NCBI GenBank assembly: GCA_029011315.1
Contig: JAQXLA010000019.1
Coordinates: forward strand, 50,569-114,568
Direction of reading: 5' to 3'
Origin: Desulfovibrionaceae bacterium
GTDB lineage: Bacteria > Desulfobacterota > Desulfovibrionia > Desulfovibrionales > Desulfovibrionaceae
Length of the DNA stretch: 64,000 nucleotides
Shown: piece by piece, positions 36,300-45,154 of the stretch
Layout of the letters: every line of letters starts with the position of its first letter
Numbering within the stretch: the stretch's first letter is position 1
The notes under the pieces: model-generated
Told to the model about the DNA's origin: nothing
The model's input: only the letters and a program-made list of their open reading frames with translations
Database searches by the model: none
Position numbers and translations under genes: made by a program

Positions 36300-38207
36300 C
36301 TATTCCCCGGATTGCGGGTTATTCTGTGATCCGTCATCAAGTGAAAAGGTATCGCCATCGTTTTGCTGATTCGTCTTTTCCGATCCCGATTCGGCAGATG
36401 ATTCGGCAGAAGGCAGTTTTTTTCCCTCAACAAGAAGATCGATATCCTCGCCGCTCAGCGTTTCACGCTCCAGAAGAGCATTGGCTACAGCATGGAGTAC
36501 ATCCAGCTTTTCTTCGAGCAGCTCCCGGCATTTTGCCCGCGCCCGATCCAGAAAGCTCTTGATTTCCGCATCCACAATACGGGCTGTCTCTTCACTGAAA
36601 TTGCGGGCATGCCCCCAATCTCGTCCGATAAAGACCTCTTCTCCCTGTTCGCCTACGTTCATCGGGCCAATCACATCGCTCATGCCCCATTCACAAACCA
36701 TTTTCCGCGCCAGAGACGTGGCTCTTTCAATATCATTGCCGGCACCGGTCGTCACCGATTTAAAAATAATTTCTTCCGCAACCCGACCTGCGAGAAGCAC
36801 CATGAGCCGGTTTTTCAGATAATCTCTGCTGTATCCATGACGATCTTCTTCCGGCAGCTGCATCGTCACGCCCAAAGCTCGACCTCGCGGAATAATCGTT
36901 ACCTTATGTACTGGATCGCTTCCCGGCAGCAATTTCGCAACCAGCGCATGTCCGCCTTCATGATAAGCCGTCACGCGCTTTTCCTCTTCAGAAAGGACGA
37001 GGCTGCGGCGTTCTTTGCCCATCAGAACCTTGTCCTTGGCATACTCAAAGTCCTCTGGAAGCAGTCTTTCGCGCTCCTTGCGTGCGGCCTGGAGAGCCGC
37101 TTCATTGACAAGATTTTCCAAAGCCGCTCCGGAAAATCCCGGAGTTCCCCTGGCAATCACGGCAAGATTGACGCTGGCATCCAGAGGCGTACGCCGCGTA
37201 TGAACCTGCAAAATATGCAGACGCCCATTCAGATCCGGAGTCGGTACCGTTACCTGACGGTCAAAACGGCCAGGACGCAGAAGCGCTGGATCCAGCACAT
37301 CGGGACGGTTGGTAGCGGCGATCAGAATAACGCCTTCATTCGACTCAAAGCCATCCATTTCTACCAAAAGCTGGTTCAGAGTCTGTTCTCTTTCATCGTG
37401 TCCACCTCCCAGTCCGGCACCGCGGCGCCGACCGACAGCGTCAATTTCGTCAATAAATATCAGACAGGGCGCATTTTTCTTGCCCTGCACGAAGAGATCC
37501 CGCACGCGGGATGCTCCAACGCCGACAAACATTTCCACAAAATCCGATCCTGAAATGGAAAAGAACGGAACGCCGGCTTCTCCCGCTACAGCCTTGGCCA
37601 GAAGCGTCTTGCCTGTACCTGGAGGGCCGACGAGCAGCACCCCCTTCGGAATTCTTCCACCGAGACGGGTGAATTTCTTCGGATTTGCCAGAAAATCCAC
37701 TACTTCCGTCAGTTCTTCCTTCGCTTCATCTACGCCGGCTACATCCGCAAACGTTACCTTTTCCTTTTCCGGATCCAGCATTTTCGCACGGGAATGACCG
37801 AATGTCATGGCCTTGCCCGCGCCGCCCTGCATCTGTCTGGAAAAATAAATCCAGACAGCAATAAGCAGCAGCATGGGAAACCATGAAACCAGAAGCGTAT
37901 ACCACCAGGGACTTTCCTCCGGCGGCTTCACAGTTACTTCGACATTATGCGCTATGAGCTTGCCGATGAGCGCCGGATCGTTCGGCGCATACACCTGAAA
38001 AGTCTTGCCGTCTGATGTCGTTGCCGTAATGGAGTGTCCCTGAACGACCACACTGGCAATCGTCCCCCCGTTGGCCTGATGCACAAAATCACTGTACGAA
38101 ACGGCCGAATGATCCTGATCTTTCATTCCGTCGAACATATTGAAGACGAGCACCATGGCCAGAGAAATAACTCCCCACAGCATGAGATTTTTTGTAAACT
38201 GATTCAA
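36300..38207 (-). CDS. ftsH: ATP-dependent zinc metalloprotease FtsH
   Basis: Two TMs, [43 protein letters not shown]. Confidence 0.98.
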   Translation of the reverse strand: MNQFTKNLMLWGVISLAMVLVFNMFDGMKDQDHSAVSYSDFVHQANGGTIASVVVQGHSITATTSDGKTFQVYAPNDPALIGKLIAHNVEVTVKPPEESPWWYTLLVSWFPMLLLIAVWIYFSRQMQGGAGKAMTFGHSRAKMLDPEKEKVTFADVAGVDEAKEELTEVVDFLANPKKFTRLGGRIPKGVLLVGPPGTGKTLLAKAVAGEAGVPFFSISGSDFVEMFVGVGASRVRDLFVQGKKNAPCLIFIDEIDAVGRRRGAGLGGGHDEREQTLNQLLVEMDGFESNEGVILIAATNRPDVLDPALLRPGRFDRQVTVPTPDLNGRLHILQVHTRRTPLDASVNLAVIARGTPGFSGAALENLVNEAALQAARKERERLLPEDFEYAKDKVLMGKERRSLVLSEEEKRVTAYHEGGHALVAKLLPGSDPVHKVTIIPRGRALGVTMQLPEEDRHGYSRDYLKNRLMVLLAGRVAEEIIFKSVTTGAGNDIERATSLARKMVCEWGMSDVIGPMNVGEQGEEVFIGRDWGHARNFSEETARIVDAEIKSFLDRARAKCRELLEEKLDVLHAVANALLERETLSGEDIDLLVEGKKLPSAESSAESGSEKTNQQNDGDTFSLDDGSQNNPQSGE

Positions 38208-38266
38208 ACGACCCTCCGTATAGTGACTGCATGAGGAAAAATATGAAAATCAGGCAGTTCGCGAAT

Positions 38267-38294
38267 ATTGTAAGAACTCATTTTTGTTTGTCAA
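38267..38294 (-). promoter_or_regulatory. Putative sigma70 promoter of the ftsH-folP-cdaA-cdaR-glmM-priA operon
   Basis: Minus strand TTGACA-N16-TACAAT. Confidence 0.6.
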
Positions 38295-38310
38295 TGCGAC
38301 ATTCCGGCGC

Positions 38311-38338
38311 AAAAAAAGGCGTTCCTTCAGGAACGCCT
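38311..38338 (-). terminator. Intrinsic terminator of the RRM gene
   Basis: Minus strand AGGCGTTCC-TGAA-GGAACGCCT followed by a T-run (A-run at 38311-38317 on plus). Confidence 0.85.
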
Positions 38339-38361
38339 CAGCTTGCAAAAGCAATTCCGCT

Positions 38362-38631
38362 CTAGTAGTCGCGGGGAGGACGGGGCGCACGAGGCTTGGC
38401 TTCATTCACACGAAGCGTACGGCCGCCGAAAACAGCATTGTCGAGTGCTTCAATAGCGGCTGTCGCACCGGGATCTTCCATTTCTACAAAACCGAATCCG
38501 CGAGCACGACCTGTTTCGCGATCATTGATGAGCTTTACGGAGGTTACCTCACCGTATTCAGCAAAAAGCTCCCTGACCTGATCCTCGGTAGCAGACCAGG
38601 GAAGATTCCCGACATAAATGGACTTGGCCAT
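38362..38631 (-). CDS. RRM-domain RNA-binding protein
   Basis: RNP2 IYVGNL and RNP1 RGFGFVEM; ends with RVNEAKPR. Confidence 0.96.
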   Translation of the reverse strand: MAKSIYVGNLPWSATEDQVRELFAEYGEVTSVKLINDRETGRARGFGFVEMEDPGATAAIEALDNAVFGGRTLRVNEAKPRAPRPPRDY

Positions 38632-38806
38632 ATAAACCTCTCTGAGATAATTTCACACCATACGGATCAACAGCTTGTGAAAAACCGTACAGATTGTTTA
38701 TCTTCATTGCCTTTTCTGTCTTTTTTAGTCAATGCTTTTTTCTTTATTTTTCGAGCTCTTTCCCCAAAAAGCTTTCCTTGACACAAAGAATCCGGATCGA
38801 ATAGAT

Positions 38807-38832
38807 ATATTGCAATATGGATTATATCCATA
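38807..38832. promoter_or_regulatory. Two overlapping palindromes upstream of the 1013-aa gene
   Basis: ATATTGCAATAT (38807-38818) and TATGGAT-TAT-ATCCATA (38816-38832), about 24 nt downstream of TTGACA (38778-38783). Confidence 0.45.
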
Positions 38833-38891
38833 ATTAGATAAGCAAACCGGAACTCCGGTCTGGATTTTCAAGCAGAAAGTGCGATATACGG

Positions 38892-41800
38892 ATGAATATT
38901 TTTTTTGATCATGATGACAGAGTGCTCCTGAAAGCCATCAATGAGCGCATTGATTGCGGCCCGGCAGAACAGACAGATACCGATATCAGCAACGGCAATC
39001 TTCACCCGCATGGCATTGTTGAACTGGCAACCAGTCATGAAAGCCGCATGGCGTATGCGGTGATCAACCTGCTCGGCCGCCTTTCAGACGGCAAGGCTGA
39101 AGATCGTCTTGATGCCCTGCGCATCCTGCGCGACGAAGTCATGCACAGTGCCCGCACAACGTTCCGAATCAATACAGCCAGGGTACTTATTCAAATAATG
39201 AAGGAAGTTGTCCGAGCCAGGCAGAGCGAAAAAGTGCAGCTTCGCCTTGTTCACGATTTCCGCAGAGCAATTTCAGGCAATCCCCGACTCATCCGCTCGC
39301 TGCTGCGCCGCCATCATCTGCTGGAAATGCCCGAAGAATGGAACCAGCTCACCATGGATCACCATGTGCATGATTCCAACACCAAAGGACGCAAAACGCC
39401 CACGCATCTGATTATGGACGCCTGGATTAAAGGTATCCGTTATCTAACCGTCGTTTACTTCAACTATATTGACCCACCCGCAGCCCGGGAACTGATGCTG
39501 GCGGCGGAAATCATGGGCATAAGCGTACGCATCGGCATCGAATTTCAGGCACCGTTTCGCGGCCGCTTCATCCGCTTTACCTGGGTACCGCGCGGATTTT
39601 CCGACACGACATCCGTCATTCAGTTTTTGTCAGAACCGTCCGTACGAGATCTGATGAATCTCGGCAGGGAAATTTCCTTGTGGCTGCAAAGCCATATCCT
39701 CGATACGCTGCATCTCTGGAATCGTAAATATCGCCCTGATATTGCCGCAGATCTTGACGTCGATTTTCCGCCGCTTGATGTGAATGAATTTCTGGCCTTC
39801 GTCCATACCGGGCAGGTGTCCTATCTGCATCTGGCGGAATTTATCAACATGAAAATAGCCGCAGCTCTCAAGAGGCATCTCGAACACCAGGATGACAGCG
39901 CAAGCGTATCTAAATGTATCGATATTGATGAGGCGCTGCTCAACCGCCTTTCCGGCTTAACGCCGGAAATCATCCTCGAAAAATGGCTGAATCCCGAATG
40001 CAACCCCGAACTGGAATCGACCAACTCACCGGACGCATCCGATCTCCCGCCGCTTCTGCGGGAACAGCCTTATGATTTGCTGAATCTGCTCGTTTCCCTG
40101 CGCAGCGGCTACCGCATCAGCCTTCAGCTATCCCGCCTTTCCCAGGCGGATGTACTGGAACTTCTCTGGGACTGCCGGGGTCTGATCACGCATCTGGAGA
40201 TCTTCAATCTCAAGGAATGGCAGGAAGGACATCTCGACTGTCTTCGGGAAATCAACGAGCTGCAGATCGCCATCAATGAAGGCAATGCGCCGCACATCAA
40301 ACAGATCATCCGCTCTATTCTCCAGTCTCCTGAGATGAACTCCGAAGATGCCCGTTGCCGCAGAGCCCGCTTTACGGCAATTCTGCGCGACATTCCCCGC
40401 CTGACAGCACCTTATAAGGACAGGCCGCTCAGAGGCAGGGTCGGAACAGATTCAACCAGCCATCTCGGCACGCGCTACGGTATGGGTCTCGCCGTACCGG
40501 CTACTCTGCCCTCAAATGCCCGCAAGGAAATCCGGCGCAAGGATCAGTTCCGTCTGATTCATCTTCCCATTCATCTCGGCCTCAGCTACCGGGAAACCTA
40601 TCTGGAGCCGAAAAACGAAGGTGTCATCAGAGGATTTATCTTCCGTATGCTGCGCCATATCTGGGGATTTCAGCATCTTGGCATGCCCCGCTATTCGGAA
40701 TGGCGCACGCGCGATGCCAATACCCGTTTCTGCGAAAAAGACGGCAACCTCATCACGATGGGCGGAATGTCCAACAGCCGGGATGAAGAGCAGAACGCCA
40801 TCCGAAATCGAAGGGGACTCTGGCCGGGGTTTGAATATCTCAATACGGGTCTGGCAAATTGGGCAAAAATTTTCATTGGCTTTATTCCCGCAATGCTCAC
40901 CTTCCTGTATACGCAGGATTCCCCTCTTCTTGCCTGGTTTGGCGCAGTTATCTGGTTTGCCATCACAGGGGGGCGCAATGTTGTGCAGATGGTGCTTGCC
41001 GGAGGAGGCTTCAAAAAAGGATCGCTGCTCCGATGGCGCAATTATGTCAGCTGGGGCAGGATCTGCGATTCCCTCATGTATACGGGGCTTTCCGTTGTGT
41101 TGCTGGAATGGCTCATCCGCATTCTTCTGCTGGAGCAAGTCTGCGGACTGACAGTCGCAAATGCGCCAATTTTCGTCTTTACCGTCATTTCCATCGCCAA
41201 CAGCTTCTATATCTGCGCCCATAATATCTATCGGGGCTTTCCCCGTGCAGCTATCATCGGCAACATCTTTCGCACCATTCTCGCTATTCCCGTATCCGTG
41301 CTTTACAACGAACTGATGATTCTGCTTCTTCCTCTGATTACGGATATCGATCCGCTTGCCATTGCCGGCCCTGGAGCAGCCATCGTCTCCAAGGCGGCAT
41401 CCGATACTGTGGCAGGCATCATCGAAGGATTCGCAGATATGGCAAACAACTTCCGCCTGCGCCGCTGGGACTATCGGACAAAGCTGAATCTGATTATGGA
41501 GTGCTATGAAAAGCTGGAACTTCTCTTTCCAGATCGCGATATCCTCGATCTCCTTTCCAAACCTGGAAAAGTCGCTCCTCTTATCCGCAATACGGCGCGC
41601 CCCCTGTATCTGGCTTTGATGATCAATGCGCTGGACATGATGTATTTCTGGATGTACCAGCCCTGTTCCCAGCAAACGCTGCGCAAGATCGTCTCTTCCA
41701 TGCTCCCGGAAGAAAAGCAGGTTCTGGCCGGTTCTCAGCACATCCTCATGCAGGTTCGTGAAGTCAGCCTCGTCTTTGTCGACGGGCTGCTCGGACCCAA

Positions 41801-41933
41801 TTTTGCAAAGCCACTGGCCTTTTATCTCGGATGCCATGAAACCTACATCAGAGCTATCGATGCATTGTGCGCCGTGCCTCCGGAATCCCGCGGCACAGAA
41901 ATCCATCCTCAGGAAAAGGCAAACGAAGCATGA
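38892..41933 (+). CDS. Large hypothetical protein: degenerate PHP-like domain plus C-terminal multi-pass membrane region
   Basis: DHHVHD..TKGRKTP (PHP motif I-like), GIEF, GTDSTSH; several hydrophobic helices from about aa 655. Confidence 0.75.
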   Translation: MNIFFDHDDRVLLKAINERIDCGPAEQTDTDISNGNLHPHGIVELATSHESRMAYAVINLLGRLSDGKAEDRLDALRILRDEVMHSARTTFRINTARVLIQIMKEVVRARQSEKVQLRLVHDFRRAISGNPRLIRSLLRRHHLLEMPEEWNQLTMDHHVHDSNTKGRKTPTHLIMDAWIKGIRYLTVVYFNYIDPPAARELMLAAEIMGISVRIGIEFQAPFRGRFIRFTWVPRGFSDTTSVIQFLSEPSVRDLMNLGREISLWLQSHILDTLHLWNRKYRPDIAADLDVDFPPLDVNEFLAFVHTGQVSYLHLAEFINMKIAAALKRHLEHQDDSASVSKCIDIDEALLNRLSGLTPEIILEKWLNPECNPELESTNSPDASDLPPLLREQPYDLLNLLVSLRSGYRISLQLSRLSQADVLELLWDCRGLITHLEIFNLKEWQEGHLDCLREINELQIAINEGNAPHIKQIIRSILQSPEMNSEDARCRRARFTAILRDIPRLTAPYKDRPLRGRVGTDSTSHLGTRYGMGLAVPATLPSNARKEIRRKDQFRLIHLPIHLGLSYRETYLEPKNEGVIRGFIFRMLRHIWGFQHLGMPRYSEWRTRDANTRFCEKDGNLITMGGMSNSRDEEQNAIRNRRGLWPGFEYLNTGLANWAKIFIGFIPAMLTFLYTQDSPLLAWFGAVIWFAITGGRNVVQMVLAGGGFKKGSLLRWRNYVSWGRICDSLMYTGLSVVLLEWLIRILLLEQVCGLTVANAPIFVFTVISIANSFYICAHNIYRGFPRAAIIGNIFRTILAIPVSVLYNELMILLLPLITDIDPLAIAGPGAAIVSKAASDTVAGIIEGFADMANNFRLRRWDYRTKLNLIMECYEKLELLFPDRDILDLLSKPGKVAPLIRNTARPLYLALMINALDMMYFWMYQPCSQQTLRKIVSSMLPEEKQVLAGSQHILMQVREVSLVFVDGLLGPNFAKPLAFYLGCHETYIRAIDALCAVPPESRGTEIHPQEKANEA

Positions 41934-42823
41934 TCGAAACCGAAGCAGAATACCGTACCCCAGAAGAGGCTTCCGTATCTTTCTCCGAGGCCGTGCGTCC
42001 GGAATTCGCCCGCTACCGGACAGAACTTCTCAAGGCGGCTCCATGGCCTCCAAGAGTTCTGATTATCGACGGCGGAACCAGAAGCCAACGGCTTTCACTG
42101 GGTCTCTGGTATGCCGCGCTGCTGAACTGCGTATCTCACGGCGAAACCGAACCCTGCCTTCAATGCCGCACCTGTCTTCAGATTGCCGCCAGATCGTTTG
42201 CCGATCTCATTTTTCTGGACGGCAGCCGGGAAAACATCAAAATCGATGCCGTGCGCAGCGTACTTGGATCTCTGGGACAGAAGCCCCATGGTTCCGGGAA
42301 AAGAGTGATTCTGTTCGCTGAAGCGCAGAAAATGAGTGCCGATACCCCTCATGTGCTGCTAAAAACCATGGAAGAGCCTCGCTACGAAGCTGTTTTTCTC
42401 CTGCTTGCGCCGCTGAAAAGCCAGCTGCTTCCAACTTTCATTTCCCGAAGCTGGAGTCTGACTCTTCCCTGGAACAAGCAGGATCCCTTCCCCGGACAGG
42501 AAGAAATGGAAAAAGAGCTGATCAGTTTTCTCCGCACCGGTCAGGGCTGGTTCAGCCTGACGGGATCAAAAATCTCTGCGGGCTCCGCCTCATCACTTTT
42601 TGCATCCCTCATGTCTGCGCAATCTTCCGCACTTTCCGGACACCGCACAACGGATTTGGAAAAAATGTTCGGCGTGTTCAACGCCATAGGAAACAGGAAA
42701 GCTTACGAACTCCTTGAAGAATCCATCAGAGCACTGAGTCAAACCGGCCCCAATGTCTCACTTATTCTGAACCGGGCTGCGCTTTCCCTATATGAAATCG
42801 TTCACGCAAAAAAATCCGCATAG
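41930..42823 (+). CDS. holB: DNA polymerase III subunit delta'
   Basis: LLNC...PCLQCRTC zinc module, DLIFLDG, IKIDAVR, LLKTMEEP, LLPTFISRS; degenerate P-loop; ATGA overlap with the upstream gene. Confidence 0.8.
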   Translation: MIETEAEYRTPEEASVSFSEAVRPEFARYRTELLKAAPWPPRVLIIDGGTRSQRLSLGLWYAALLNCVSHGETEPCLQCRTCLQIAARSFADLIFLDGSRENIKIDAVRSVLGSLGQKPHGSGKRVILFAEAQKMSADTPHVLLKTMEEPRYEAVFLLLAPLKSQLLPTFISRSWSLTLPWNKQDPFPGQEEMEKELISFLRTGQGWFSLTGSKISAGSASSLFASLMSAQSSALSGHRTTDLEKMFGVFNAIGNRKAYELLEESIRALSQTGPNVSLILNRAALSLYEIVHAKKSA

Positions 42824-42837
42824 CAGAAAAAAAAAGC

Positions 42838-42866
42838 TTGACCTTTTTGGGGTTCGCGACTAAAAG
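42838..42866 (+). promoter_or_regulatory. sigma70 promoter of tRNA-Arg
   Basis: TTGACC-N17-TAAAAG, 12 nt upstream of the tRNA. Confidence 0.65.
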
Positions 42867-42878
42867 TTTCTCTTGTGT

Positions 42879-42955
42879 GCGGCTGTGGCCCAGCTGGATA
42901 GAGCAACAGGCTACGAACCTGTAGGCCGGGAGTTCGAATCTCTCCAGCCGCACCA
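42879..42955 (+). tRNA. tRNA-Arg(ACG)
   Basis: Acceptor GCGGCTG/CAGCCGC, D-arm with AGCTGGATAGAGC, anticodon stem ACAGG/CCTGT with loop CT-ACG-AA, GTTCGAAT T-loop, encoded ACCA end. Confidence 0.97.
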
Positions 42956-42964
42956 GAATGCAAT

Positions 42965-42994
42965 GAAGAGCTTCGGAGCAATCCGAAGCTCTTC
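42965..42994 (+). terminator. Hairpin downstream of tRNA-Arg
   Basis: Perfect 13-bp stem GAAGAGCTTCGGA/TCCGAAGCTCTTC with a GCAA tetraloop; weak U-tract. Confidence 0.75.
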
Positions 42995-43064
42995 TGTTAT
43001 GCGCAAAATCCATCATGATTGTTATTCCGGCATTTTCATTGCAACGACAGGTACGGAATTCAAA

Positions 43065-44270
43065 ATGAGCCGACTTGAAGAACTTATCGCCGAACTCTGC
43101 CCGAATGGGGTGGAGTCTAAAACTCTGGGAGAACTTGCGACTGATATTTTCCGAGGTTCAGGTATCACCAGAGACCAAGTCCGTGAGAGTGGAACCCCCT
43201 GTGTAAGATATGGTGAAATCTATACGACTTATGGTGTATGGTTTGAAGAGTGTGTGTCATTCACTGACGAAAGCATAATTCCCAGCAAAAAATATTTTGA
43301 ATATGGCGACATCCTTTTTGCTATCACAGGTGAAAAGGTTGAGGATATTGCCAAATCGTGCGTGTATATTGGAAAGGAAAAGTGTCTCGCTGGCGGTGAT
43401 ATCGTCGTTATGAAGCACACGCAAAACCCAAAGTATATGGGATACGCTCTTTCTACGAGTTCAGCACAGGAACAAAAAAGTAAAGGAAAAGTCAAAAGTA
43501 AGGTCGTTCATTCAAGCGTTCCTTCAATAAAAGAAATCAAAATCCCCGTTCCACCTCTTCCCGTCCAAGAAGAGATAGTGAGGATATTAGATAATTTCGC
43601 CGAACTTACCGCCGAACTTACCGCCGAACTTACCGCCGAACTTACCGCCGAACTTACCAAAAGAAAGCAACAATATCAATATTATACAGAACATCTTTTC
43701 TTAGGCGATATGAATACGATCGTTCCGCTGGGAGATATCGCAGATATTGGAACTGGAAGTAGCAATACTAATGAAGAAACAGAAGATGGAGAATATCCCT
43801 TCTTTGTTCGTTCACAAGAAGTGCGAAAAAAAGATACTTGGGAATATGATGAAACGGCAATTATTACCGCCGGTGATGGCGTTGGGGTTGGCAAGGTTTT
43901 CCACTATATAGAAGGAAAGTATGCTCTTCATCAGAGAGCCTATCGCATTCATATTACAGCCCAAAATATCCTTCCCAAATATTTCTTCTACTATATGAAA
44001 AACACTTTTTTTTCTTATATCACACGAAACGCAGTCCACGCTTCTGTGACATCAATCAGAAGGAGAATGTTAGACAATTATCCCGTTCCCGTTCCCCCGC
44101 TGGAAGAGCAGGAACGCATTGTGGCTATCCTAGACCGCTTTGACGCTCTGTGTAACGACCTCACCAGCGGTCTTCCCGCCGAGATTGAGGCACGGAAGAA
44201 GCAATACGAATACTACCGGGACAAACTTTTGACGTTCAGGCAACGTTCCGGATCTGCTTTGAGCAACTAG
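43065..44270 (+). CDS. hsdS: Type I restriction-modification specificity subunit (type IC-like), solitary
   Basis: MSRLEELIAELCPNGVE N-terminus, two TRDs, conserved IPVPPLPVQEEIVRILDNF and VPPLEEQERIVAILDRFD...GLPAEIEARKKQYEYYRDKLLTF; spot counts of 32-40% GC. Confidence 0.95.
   Translation: MSRLEELIAELCPNGVESKTLGELATDIFRGSGITRDQVRESGTPCVRYGEIYTTYGVWFEECVSFTDESIIPSKKYFEYGDILFAITGEKVEDIAKSCVYIGKEKCLAGGDIVVMKHTQNPKYMGYALSTSSAQEQKSKGKVKSKVVHSSVPSIKEIKIPVPPLPVQEEIVRILDNFAELTAELTAELTAELTAELTKRKQQYQYYTEHLFLGDMNTIVPLGDIADIGTGSSNTNEETEDGEYPFFVRSQEVRKKDTWEYDETAIITAGDGVGVGKVFHYIEGKYALHQRAYRIHITAQNILPKYFFYYMKNTFFSYITRNAVHASVTSIRRRMLDNYPVPVPPLEEQERIVAILDRFDALCNDLTSGLPAEIEARKKQYEYYRDKLLTFRQRSGSALSN
43599..43658 (+). 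repeat. Five perfect tandem copies of 12-bp GCCGAACTTACC (AELT x5) in the HsdS spacer helix
   Basis: Read directly at 43599, 43611, 43623, 43635 and 43647. Confidence 0.97.
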
Positions 44271-44303
44271 TTTCCTACTCTCTTTCTCTTCATCAGCCAC
44301 AAC

Positions 44304-44349
44304 GCAGAAGGCCGCATCATGAAAATTTCTTCACAATGCGGCCTTCTGC
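44304..44349. terminator. Long hairpin between convergent hsdS and the hydrogenase-like operon
   Basis: GCAGAAGGCCGCAT (44304-44317) / ATGCGGCCTTCTGC (44336-44349), a perfect 14-bp stem. Confidence 0.7.
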
Positions 44350-44367
44350 AATCTTGTTAGAACAGGC

Positions 44368-45144
44368 TTATTTCCTTGCCGGATCAAACCCGAACGGCTT
44401 TTTTCTTCCGGCGCAAAGCAGTCCGTCCAAAATCGTCCACGGGTTAGGAGGGCATCCCGGCACAAAAACATCGACGGGGATATGCGCTCCCACGCCCAGG
44501 CATCCGTCTCCGCCGTCGGCGAAGAGCCCGCCGGAAATAGCGCAGGCTCCCACGGCGATTACAACTTTCGGTTCCGGAACAGCCGCCCAGGTATCAATCA
44601 GGGCAAGCCGCATATTTTCTGTCACCGGACCGGTGACGACCAGACCGTCGGCATGACGCGGAGAAGCGACGAAATCAATGCCGAAATGCCCCAGATCATA
44701 GCTCAGCGTTCCCAGCACATTCGTATCCGCTTCGCAGGCATTGCAACCCCCGGCACTGACCTCGCGCAGTTTCAGAGAGCGGCGGAAGAAGCGCAGATCC
44801 CTGACGGAATCATGAATCTTTCGTTCCTGACCGGAAACGAGAATCAAATCCTCTCTGCGGTATACGGCCAGCCGATGCTCTGTTGTGAAAGTCACAGCCT
44901 TTTTTGGACAGATATGGGCACAGGCACCGCAGAACAGACATTTTCCCATATCCAGCTGAATTCCCCTGCCGTTTCTGCACACAGCCCCGGAGGGACAGTT
45001 TTCGGTGCAGAGCCGGCAGTCTCCGCAGTCGACATCTGCCAGAACAGGCAACCCTCGAAACCTCGGCGACATGGGTGGCAATTTATTCGGATAATCCAGC
45101 GTTCTGTAGCCCTGATGCAGGCGTTCAAGAAAAATATCAAACAT
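44368..45144 (-). CDS. Hydrogenase-4/Ehr small subunit (NuoB/HycG-like) fused to an N-terminal 2x[4Fe-4S] ferredoxin (EhrS-like)
   Basis: CGDCRLCTENCP and CLFCGACAHICP; GGCNACE, ASPRHADGLVVTGPVT, VGACAISGG, VPGCPP; start ATG 45144. Confidence 0.9.
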   Translation of the reverse strand: MFDIFLERLHQGYRTLDYPNKLPPMSPRFRGLPVLADVDCGDCRLCTENCPSGAVCRNGRGIQLDMGKCLFCGACAHICPKKAVTFTTEHRLAVYRREDLILVSGQERKIHDSVRDLRFFRRSLKLREVSAGGCNACEADTNVLGTLSYDLGHFGIDFVASPRHADGLVVTGPVTENMRLALIDTWAAVPEPKVVIAVGACAISGGLFADGGDGCLGVGAHIPVDVFVPGCPPNPWTILDGLLCAGRKKPFGFDPARK

Positions 45145-45154
45145 GGCGATATGC

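Noticed and set aside
42873-43064. ORF-track start of hsdS at 42873
   Set aside because: It runs through the tRNA gene and its hairpin; HsdS similarity begins at MSRLEEL (43065).
43599-43658. CRISPR-like array
   Set aside because: These are head-to-tail 12-bp repeats without spacers, in frame within a CDS; no cas genes or repeat-spacer arrays were seen in the window.
44006-44013. T8 tract inside hsdS as a phase-variation site
   Set aside because: Eight Ts in an AT-rich gene is unremarkable and the frame is intact; read-level evidence would be needed.
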